A DNA stretch of 64,000 nt from Crinalium sp. (GTDB lineage: Bacteria > Cyanobacteriota > Cyanobacteriia > Elainellales > Elainellaceae). The translations under genes were made by a program, and so were the position numbers. The notes under the pieces are model-generated. The model searched no databases, was not told where the DNA came from, and worked only from the letters and a program-made list of their open reading frames with translations. Where the stretch lies: NCBI GenBank assembly GCA_036703095.1, contig DATNPS010000014.1, positions 3,822 to 67,821 of the forward strand, written 5' to 3'. Shown one piece after another: positions 18,001-26,100 of this stretch (within the stretch, counting starts at the first letter, position 1; each line of letters opens with the position of its first letter).

Positions 18001-18106
18001 GTGAATTCAATAGCGCCATTTCAGCTACGCGTCGTGCGGCTGAAATGACGCAAGAATATGCCCAAGCGACGTGTGGACATGTTCTTGCGCAGTTGTCGAA
18101 TTCAGG
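18001..18106. mobile_element. Family-1 GAATTC-ended modular palindromic element, same orientation as 17271..17378
   Basis: The layout is GTGAATTCAATAG, hairpin GCGCCATTTCAGC/GCTGAAATGACGC, hairpin GCAAGAATATG/CATGTTCTTGC, then GTCGAATTCAGG. Confidence 0.6.
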
Positions 18107-18477
18107 TTTTACCAAGTAATTGATGTGTTATTTCTCTCCAGCGAAAGCGATATTGAAGATCAGTCCTATTTCAACATTGACACTTATTTGGGTCAAGAAT
18201 TGTGTCAGCATGTCAATTTGAGATTGAAAGATGAGGTAGCTCATAGTTAGCAAGTTTTGATTCTGAGAAAGTATTTAGTGAGAAGTAAATGTGATAGTTT
18301 CCTCACAACTTCCTCAGGTTTGGTATCTAGACTTACAGAAAGTCCAAAAGTTCTGGTGAGCAAGCTTTCTAAGCATTACTACTCAATCCACTTTTTCATT
18401 TGTGAGTTCGTGCGCGATCGCACATCCAGCTTTGATCTGGAGTTTTCACTTTAAGGCTGATTGTAGAGATTACAACA

Positions 18478-20787
18478 ATGACAAGTCCTTCTATTCGTCT
18501 CAATACGCCTAAAACGGCGACTCGCAGGTGGGGAATTAGCCTACCTGCCTGGTTAGTATTGATTTGCGTCATCATGTTTTCCGTTCTGTTAGGAGCGGGA
18601 GCCGCCATCTGGAAAAATGCACCCCCTATTCCAGCAGCCGTGGTTTCGCCTCAGCAAAACGTGCTGTTCACACAGACTGAAATTCAGTCTGGTCAAGAAA
18701 TTTACCTCGCACGCGGCGGTCAGCATATTGGCAGCGTATGGGGGCACGGTAGTTATCTTGCACCTGATTGGTCAGCAGACTTTTTGCATAAATGGGGTTT
18801 AGCTACCGCAGGTGTGTTGCAAAGTGACAATCCCAACTTTACTCAAGCGGATCTCGAAGCACTGCCAGTGGGCGATCGCGCCAGCTTAGAAGCCAGAGTG
18901 GCAGAGCAATTTAAGACTAATCGCTTTGTTCCTGACACTCAAATTTTGACACTGACAAACGCTCAGTCAAAAGCGCTGCCTAAAGTGTTTGCAGACTATC
19001 AAACGCTGTTGTCCAATGGCTCACGTGAGTTCTCCATTCCCAGCGGTTGGTTTACGAACAATGAACAAATTCGGGACGTTAGTACCTTCTTTGCCTGGAC
19101 GGCTTGGGCTGCGTCGGCAAACCGCTTTAATGCACCATTCTCTTACACCGCCAACTTTCCCCATGACCCACTGGTTGGCAATGAAGCTCCCGGTCAGTTT
19201 GTCATCTGGTCGATCGCCTCTGTGATTCTATTAATTGGTGGCATCGGCGTTTTTCTATTCGTCAACCTGAAGATGGAGGATGCAGAAGAAGTACAGGAGG
19301 TCGTCGCCCGCCCTGCCCTTCGCATTCCCACCGCTAGCCAAAAAGTCACTACTCTATTCTTTGGCGTGGCGATGGCACTGTTCCTGGTACAGATCGCCAT
19401 GGGCATGGTGACAGCTCACTATGCGGTTGAGGGAGATGGGTTCTATGGTGTCCCGCTCGATAAGTTTCTTCCCTATGCTGCTTCACGCACCTGGCACTTG
19501 CAGTTAGCGGTATTCTGGATTGCCACCTGTTGGTTGGCGGCGGGTCTGTATTTCGCCCCTCGCTTTGGTAAACAAGAGCCCAAAGGACAGGCGATCGGGA
19601 ATAGCGTACTGCTGGGTGCATTGACGGTCGTGGTCGTGGGTTCCATGATCGGATCTTGGGCAGGCATCCAAGGAATTTTGGGAACTAATCTCAGCTTCTA
19701 CCTGGGACATCAGGGCTATGAATACGTTGAACTCGGTCGCGTCTGGCAAGTTCTCCTCATCGGTGGCATGACCTTCTGGCTGTGGTTGATGTACCGCGCC
19801 CTCAAGCCTGCATTGAAACAAGAAGGCTCGAAGACTGGGTTAAATCACTTCTTCCTGTATTCTGCCATCACGATTCCTCTGTTCTACTCTGCTGGGTTGA
19901 TGTACTCAAACCACACTCCGATGAGCGTTGCTGAGTACTGGCGCTGGTGGGTGGTTCACCTCTGGGTGGAAGGGTTCTTTGAAGTGTTTGCAACCGTGGC
20001 GATCGCTTACCTCTGTAGTGAACTGGGGTTCCTGAAGCGGGAAGCAGCTCTGAGAGCCACCTATCTGACAACCATTCTTTTCCTGGGCAGTGGCATTATT
20101 GGAACGTTGCATCACCTCTACTTTGCAGGCACACCCGTTTTCATTACCGCCATGGGTTCAGTTGCATCTGCACTAGAAGTTGTGCCTCTTACACTGATTG
20201 GCTTTGAAGTAGCAAAATCTCTCAAACTCTCACAAAATGCTCAGGGCTTCTATCGAATGCCACTGCGCTTCTTCATCGCGACTTGTGTATGGAACTTGAT
20301 TGGTGCCGGAGTGTTTGGTTTCTTAATCAATCCACCAATTGTTCTTTACTACTCACAAGGCCTTAACACCACTCCAATTCATGCTCACTCAGCATTGTTT
20401 GGTGTTTACGGTTCACTGGCTCTTGCGCTCATGTTATTTGCGCTGCGAGAGATTACCCCTGAAAAAGCCTGGAATGAAAAGCTACTGCGGTTCTCGTTCT
20501 GGCACATCAACGGTGGCTTGGCCGTAATGATGATCTTCGGTCTCATCCCCAACGGTTTCTACCAGTTAGTTCAGTCTGTCAATCACGGCACCTGGTACGC
20601 TCGTAGTGCAGAGGTTATTCACTCTCGCTTTATGGAATGGACTGTTTGGCTTCGTATTCCCGGTGATGTCATCTTCACCGTTGGTGCGCTGGCAATGATG
20701 TTGTTTGTGGGTCAGGCAATCTGGGCGATCTTTCGTCAACCCACTCAAGCTCAGCCAGAGTTAGTTGAAGTCAAAGAAGTTGTATAG
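18478..20787 (+). CDS. norB: Quinol-dependent nitric oxide reductase, large single-subunit form (qNOR, NorB/NorZ)
   Basis: 769 aa. It has an N-terminal TM helix plus a ~250-aa extension, followed by a 12+ TM heme-copper-oxidase core with WWVVHLWVEGFFEVF, GTLHHLYF and HAHSALFG histidine motifs. Confidence 0.9.
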   Translation: MTSPSIRLNTPKTATRRWGISLPAWLVLICVIMFSVLLGAGAAIWKNAPPIPAAVVSPQQNVLFTQTEIQSGQEIYLARGGQHIGSVWGHGSYLAPDWSADFLHKWGLATAGVLQSDNPNFTQADLEALPVGDRASLEARVAEQFKTNRFVPDTQILTLTNAQSKALPKVFADYQTLLSNGSREFSIPSGWFTNNEQIRDVSTFFAWTAWAASANRFNAPFSYTANFPHDPLVGNEAPGQFVIWSIASVILLIGGIGVFLFVNLKMEDAEEVQEVVARPALRIPTASQKVTTLFFGVAMALFLVQIAMGMVTAHYAVEGDGFYGVPLDKFLPYAASRTWHLQLAVFWIATCWLAAGLYFAPRFGKQEPKGQAIGNSVLLGALTVVVVGSMIGSWAGIQGILGTNLSFYLGHQGYEYVELGRVWQVLLIGGMTFWLWLMYRALKPALKQEGSKTGLNHFFLYSAITIPLFYSAGLMYSNHTPMSVAEYWRWWVVHLWVEGFFEVFATVAIAYLCSELGFLKREAALRATYLTTILFLGSGIIGTLHHLYFAGTPVFITAMGSVASALEVVPLTLIGFEVAKSLKLSQNAQGFYRMPLRFFIATCVWNLIGAGVFGFLINPPIVLYYSQGLNTTPIHAHSALFGVYGSLALALMLFALREITPEKAWNEKLLRFSFWHINGGLAVMMIFGLIPNGFYQLVQSVNHGTWYARSAEVIHSRFMEWTVWLRIPGDVIFTVGALAMMLFVGQAIWAIFRQPTQAQPELVEVKEVV

Positions 20788-20805
20788 CGTTACGCCATTA
20801 CATTA

Positions 20806-20840
20806 GAGCGGGGTGCAGGGTTCTATCCTTGCGCCCCGTC
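20806..20840 (+). terminator. Imperfect GC-rich hairpin (GAGCGGGGTGCAGGG / TTCTAT / CCTTGCGCCCCGTC) 19 nt after the norB stop
   Basis: A ~13-bp stem with one bulge and one mismatch. It shares GGGGTGCAGGG with the family-2 core. Confidence 0.4.
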
Positions 20841-20848
20841 TTAATCTT

Positions 20849-20946
20849 GCGTGAATTCGACAGACGGGCTTTTGGGAGGACACCTTCCCAAAAGCCCGTT
20901 TGTTATACGCGTCGCGCACGCAAAATCGCGTTCGCCGAATTCATGC
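20849..20946. mobile_element. Family-1 GAATTC-ended palindromic element
   Basis: The layout is GCGTGAATTCGACAG, hairpin ACGGGCTTTTGGGAGG-ACA-CCTTCCCAAAAGCCCGT, a half copy of the GCGTCGCGCACGCAAAAT palindrome, then CGCCGAATTCATGC. Confidence 0.6.
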
Positions 20947-20969
20947 GATGTATAGCTGTATTCATTCGG

Positions 20970-21048
20970 GTTAGGACGGAGTGCAGGGGTAGAACCCCTG
21001 ACTGGGAGCGAAGCTCCCATCCCCCCTCTTGGTTTTCGATGTCCTAAC
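20970..21048. mobile_element. Family-2 element GTTAGGACGGAGTGCAGGGGTAGAACCCCTG...GTCCTAAC
   Basis: It has 8-bp inverted termini and a conserved 5' ~30 nt with the internal hairpin CAGGGGT-AGA-ACCCCTG. Other copies are at 2077, 14953 and 60964. Confidence 0.55.
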
Positions 21049-21177
21049 GGACATGACTACAGGTATCTGACAAGACCAATGAAAATCAAGGAGGCAGAGC
21101 CTCTAAAACTACATGGCTAGCTAAAAGCCAGCCACGAGAATTAACAACGTTGTCTCAGAATTGATATTAAGGGACTT

Positions 21178-23016
21178 TTAAGCCACTACAAAGTGACTTG
21201 CATTAATAGTACTACTTAAGATATTTTGCAGAGTTACGAGTGGTATAAAAGTTGCACCAGCACCGCTACCATTTACATCCATCATTACCTTGGTATCCAA
21301 TCCTATCTGTTCTAACCTAACAAACTGGCGTAAGGAGGTTAGCGGATGATTGCCGCTAAATTCAGGTCTCGCAAAAATTCCCACTAGATTAATGAGATCG
21401 TCTGCTGGGTTGAAGTCTTTTATCGCATCTTCACCCTCGCTCACACCGTTATAGGTAAATATGTCTCGACCCAGACCACCTGTTAAAATATCTGCCCCTA
21501 GTCCCCCAACTAATACATCGCTTCCCCGACCTCCTAAAATTTTATCGTTACCGCTACCACTATCCAGCCAATCATCGCCATCCTGTCCATCAAGATAGTC
21601 CTTTCCGTTACCCCCATAAAGGCGATCGTTTCCTCGCTTTCCGCTCAGACGATCGCTATTGTCTAAACCACTCATGACATCATTGAAATTACTGCCCATC
21701 AACTTATCCGCTTTCTTCGTTCCAGTCAGCGTTCGAGGTTTAGGACGAGTTTTAAAGACAATGGGTGATGGTATTGCACTGGGGAGAATAGTGTCTCCCT
21801 GGAAAGAACCGTTTGCAGAATTGAACCCTGATGTGACAAAGTTCCAGGTCTGTGGCGTAGCCTGTCCTGTAGACGTATTAGTTGCCAGATCTTTGAATGC
21901 ACCAGGTGTATTTGTAATGTAGTAGTTCGTGCCAGGTTGCAGTAGACCTGCTGAATCTATTGTGACAACCAGATTGTCGGCACTAAGGGTAACTTGACCG
22001 GAGTTAACGTCAATCGTTGATATTAATGCATTGTCAAACGATCGATAGATCGAAAGGCTTCCCGCGCCTTTGAGAATAGGTTTGGTGAACGTTAAGACGG
22101 GCTTTCCAGCAGCGTCAGTTCCGTTAAACGTAAACGCAGAAGTTGGATTAGTGGAATCTCCCACTAAATTCAGCTCTACTGTCGCTCTCACTTGAAGTGA
22201 GGATTCACCCAGCATTCCACCGTATTCAACAAAGTAACCTTTAATATTGGGGTTTGTGTTCGCTAAATCATTCCATTGTCCAGCAAACTGTCCTGTGCCC
22301 AATAAATAACTATAGTGTTCACTGCCATTAAAGTTATTTGGCTCGGTGGGCATCCAGTTGGTATATGCTCCGTTTAAAGCGCTGCCTGCCTGTCCCTGTC
22401 CGCGCCAGAACAGTGTTCCGGTTTCTGGCCCGGTTGCCCACTGCCAGTCGCCTTCTTGTTGGGTATCGCTGGCACCAATCCAACCATCCTGCTGAAAGTT
22501 TTTGACCAAAAATTGATTTTCTGCGGGACTGGTTATAGTTGCTAAATAACCTTGTAGCCCAAAGAAATTTCGGCTTTCAGCCGTCGTTTTTGCTGTTTCC
22601 CAAGACACAATGCCAGGAACAAATTCATAGAAACGATCATTGGCAAAATCGGCGATCGCTTTACCTAATGAGATTTGCAGCTTGCGCGCGCTTCCTGCAT
22701 TCACGGCTCCCATGCTGAAATAAGTGATTTGTCTTAGAGCCGCTTCATAGACCTCGGTTGTTGCAGTGCCCGTCAAAACCAGCTTTCCTGCACTCGTGTC
22801 ATAGTTCCATGCTAAACCGTTGACAGTGCCGCCAGTAGAAATTCCCTGTCCCTGAAAACCCAGCCGATCCGTAGTGGCAAAGCCATCTGTTAAAGTAACA
22901 ATCGCTCCGTTAAGAGTGGTGGTGCCATTGGCCGCGATCATGAGAGTGGGCGCGATCGCCTGTGGAATAGTGCCGTTTGCGACGACAGCACCAGATGCAT
23001 TAAGAATGGGTGACAT
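21178..23016 (-). CDS. Secreted C-type-lectin-domain / Ig-like / RTX calcium-binding protein with type I secretion-style C-terminus
   Basis: 612 aa with no signal peptide. The CTLD (aa ~127-266, nt 22219..22638) reads SWETAKTTAESRN...GYLATITSPAENQFL...GWIGASDTQQEGDWQWATG...WMPTEPNNF...GQWNDLAN. An Ig-like segment covers aa ~280-400. The RTX repeats are GGNGKDYLDGQDGDDWLDSGSGNDKILGGRGSDVLVGGLGADILTGGLGRDIF. The tail DAIKDFNPADDLINLVGIF...ASHFVVA resembles the VC_A0849-type T1SS target domain. Confidence 0.85.
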   Translation of the reverse strand: MSPILNASGAVVANGTIPQAIAPTLMIAANGTTTLNGAIVTLTDGFATTDRLGFQGQGISTGGTVNGLAWNYDTSAGKLVLTGTATTEVYEAALRQITYFSMGAVNAGSARKLQISLGKAIADFANDRFYEFVPGIVSWETAKTTAESRNFFGLQGYLATITSPAENQFLVKNFQQDGWIGASDTQQEGDWQWATGPETGTLFWRGQGQAGSALNGAYTNWMPTEPNNFNGSEHYSYLLGTGQFAGQWNDLANTNPNIKGYFVEYGGMLGESSLQVRATVELNLVGDSTNPTSAFTFNGTDAAGKPVLTFTKPILKGAGSLSIYRSFDNALISTIDVNSGQVTLSADNLVVTIDSAGLLQPGTNYYITNTPGAFKDLATNTSTGQATPQTWNFVTSGFNSANGSFQGDTILPSAIPSPIVFKTRPKPRTLTGTKKADKLMGSNFNDVMSGLDNSDRLSGKRGNDRLYGGNGKDYLDGQDGDDWLDSGSGNDKILGGRGSDVLVGGLGADILTGGLGRDIFTYNGVSEGEDAIKDFNPADDLINLVGIFARPEFSGNHPLTSLRQFVRLEQIGLDTKVMMDVNGSGAGATFIPLVTLQNILSSTINASHFVVA

Positions 23017-23080
23017 AATTTAGTTGAACCTGAAATATTGCAGCACTTTTAAAACTTTCAAACAGAGTGAAATAGCTAAA

Positions 23081-23135
23081 CGTCTGTCTTGAAGTTGATG
23101 GAGAAATCCCCAACGAACGTACTTCAAGACAGACG
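23081..23135 (-). terminator. 15-bp perfect stem (CGTCTGTCTTGAAGT / 25-nt loop / ACTTCAAGACAGACG) between the giant gene stop and the lectin gene start
   Basis: Arms 23081..23095 and 23121..23135 are exact complements, positioned 10 nt downstream of the giant-gene stop on the minus strand. It could be a terminator, attenuator or RNA-processing site. Confidence 0.45.
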
Positions 23136-23144
23136 CTCAGCGTC

Positions 23145-26100
23145 TTAAATGCGAGGTCTACGGCGAATAATGATATTTTTGCCTTTCCCTGCGGAGATCT
23201 TGACGTGACGGGAGAAGACTACGATTCGGTCATTTCCTCGACCTGTGCGGATGATGCTACGACCACGACCCACTTGAATACGATTGTTGCCATTGCCAGC
23301 CGTAATGCGGTTATTGCCATCACCAACCGTAATGTGATTCGGGCCAGTTCCAGTCGTAATCCGGTTATTACCATGACCAGCGGCGATCGCCTTACGACCA
23401 TTGCCTGCTTTAACGGTATTGTTACCGTTACCTACGATGATGATGTCAGTTCCTTTGCCGGTGATGATTTGGTTATCGCCTTGACCTGCGATTACAGTAT
23501 TGTTTCCGCTGCCTGCGTTAACCACATTATTCCCTTCACCCGCTGAAATAACGTCAGCACCCTGTCCGGTCACGATCCAGTCAACACCGCTGCCAGCCGT
23601 GACATTGTTGTTCCCATTTCCTGCATTAATGGCATTTGTTCCATCTCCTGCATTGATCTGGTCATTGCCATTACCCGAGGTGATCTGATCATCGCCACTG
23701 CCTGTCAGAATGACATTATCGCCTCCACCAGCACTCACAGAGTTGTTGCCACTACCTGCATCAATCACGTCATTGCCAACTCCGGTGAAGATGGCATCAG
23801 CTCCAGTACCAGCCGTAATGTGATTGCTACCATCACCCGCATTGATAACGTTATTGCCATCGCCCGCGTTGATTTGATCATCACCACTGCCAGTTGTAAT
23901 CTGGTCATCACCAGTCCCGGTCGTGATCGTGTTAGCACCCTCGCCTGCGCTGATCGTATTGCTACCTTCACCCGCATTGATCTGATCGTTGCCACTACCG
24001 GACGTGATCTGATCATTGCCATTACCCGTTGTGATTTGGTTATCACCTTCACCCGCATTGATGGTGTTGTTGCCGACACCTGCATTGATGACGTCGTTAC
24101 CACTACCCGTGATGATTTGATCATCACCCCGGCCCGTGAGGATGGTATTGTTGCCGTCACCCGCCTGAATCAGATTGTTTCCATTGCCAGCCTGGATGAC
24201 ATCGTTACCGCTGCCCGTGGTAATTTGATCATGCCCATCACCTGTTGTAATCGTGTTGTCGCCTTCACCCGCGCTGATGCGATTGTTGCCGCTACCAGCA
24301 TTGATGGTGTCATGGCCACGACCAGTCGTCATCGCATTGTTGCCTTGACCTGCGGTGATCCGGTTGTTACCGTCCCCTGCATCAATGGTGTTATCACCGT
24401 CACCAACCTGGATGACATCATGCCCGGCTCCAGTCGTAATGTTGTTATTACCTTCCAGATCCAGAATGGTGTTATCACCCTGACCACCTTCAATACGATC
24501 ATTGCCACGGAGTCCCTGAATGACGTTGGCTTGGTTATCTCCAATGAGGTGATCATCAAAGTTAGAACCTTCCAGGTTTTCGATCGCAAAGTAGAGATCT
24601 CCTTTCGCTGCACCACCCAAGCCCACTCTCTGGGCAAGGTCAACCACAACCCCTTCAGTCGCAGTAGCGTAGGAAGCAGTGTCAGTTCCCTCACCACCAT
24701 CCACAATTTCAAAGGGATTGACGGCATGAGCGCGACCGCTATCGATTACGTCATCGCCCTGGCCGCCAAACAACATGTCGTTATCGTCTTGTCCAAAGAG
24801 TGCATCATTGCCCTCCTCTCCCAGGAGCACGTCATCACCTGCGCCGCCAAACACGGTGTCGCTACCCATCCCTGCATAGATTGCATTACTGCCCCGATCG
24901 CCAGTAATGGTGTCGTTAAAGGCGCTACCCAAGACGTTCTCAATGGTTTCTAGAGCATCAGTGCCACCGAAGCCATCCGTTGCTGTACCCGTTGCTAAAT
25001 TGACCGTGATGCCAGATGGATCTCGGCGGTAGTTGACTGTATCAATCCCCGCACCACCCTTGAGAGTATCGTTGCCCTCATTACCTAGCAGCAGGTCATT
25101 GCCACCCGATCCTTCAATCACGTTATCGGACGCGTTGCCAATTAAGACATCATCATGAGTGCTACCAGTGATGTTTTCCAGTCCCGTCAGGCGATCGTAG
25201 GTGTTAAAGCCATCTTGAGCCGTGCCTGTGTTGGCTACAAAGCTGGTTTCGATGTCACCCAGCAAGTAGTTGAAACCTGTGGTATTGGGATTGCGGTGTT
25301 GGTAACGGGAGCTTTCATCCAGGTTGACGACTGCACCTGCTACCGAGTTGTCGTAGCTAACAGTATCGACACCTTCGCCACCATCGATCGCATCATTGCC
25401 ATCATCACCCCGCATCCAGTCATCACCAACACCACCCGCAATCTGATCGTCACCGGATTGTCCGTACAGGGTATCGTTGCCTGCACCACCTACAATCACA
25501 TCATTGTCTGCACCGTTTCCGGGCAGGAAGTTCATCAGTGTAGTCCAGACGGTGCCAAAGAAGCGTCGTACCTTCGCGTTGCCGCCCGTGATGGTATCGT
25601 TACCACCGCCGACCGAGAGGTTGTCGTTACCAATTCCGCCAATCACAACTTTTTCACGATTGTCGGTGGTATCAACCACATCGGCTCCACCCACTTCCGT
25701 ATTGGTCGAAGTAATTTCAAAGCCCTCGCTATCGAAAGTGACGGTTGCCTCATCGCCAAAGATGACATCCGAACCTGTTGTTGTAGGATTGGCAGTCGTT
25801 TGAACGCGATCGCCGTTTGCTCCAGCAACCACGATATTTTCACCACCACCCAGACTAAACAGGTCAGCACCACCTTCTCCGATATTTTCGGACTGAGCCG
25901 TCACAACCCGTCCCGTTGCATCGACTTCAGCAGAAGCATCATCACCAAACAGGGTATTCGTGCCACCATTCGCGACGAACTGGTCATTGCCCACACCAGC
26001 AATCGCTGTTGTCGTACCGCTATTCAGGGTGAAAGTGTCTGTGCCACCCGCAGTAAAGTCACTGCTGGTGATTCTTTGGAAGTCACCCGATTCATTAAAC

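Noticed and set aside
20829-21047. Track ORF 20829..21047 (+), 72 aa.
   Set aside because: It lies entirely within family-1 and family-2 palindromic elements between convergent genes. The Arg/Cys-rich translation is typical of GC-rich repeats.
21178-23016. The C-type lectin fold suggested a diversity-generating retroelement (DGR) target.
   Set aside because: There is no reverse transcriptase, no template repeat paired with a variable repeat, and no adenine-specific mismatch pattern anywhere in the window. The CTLD is internal and of the animal EPN/WND type, not the C-terminal Mtd/TvpA type.
23148-24458. The 27-bp periodic array could superficially look like a CRISPR or satellite array.
   Set aside because: The period is exactly 9 codons, in frame within the ORF. 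There is no repeat/spacer alternation, and every unit is a variant of the same nonapeptide. No leader or cas genes are present.
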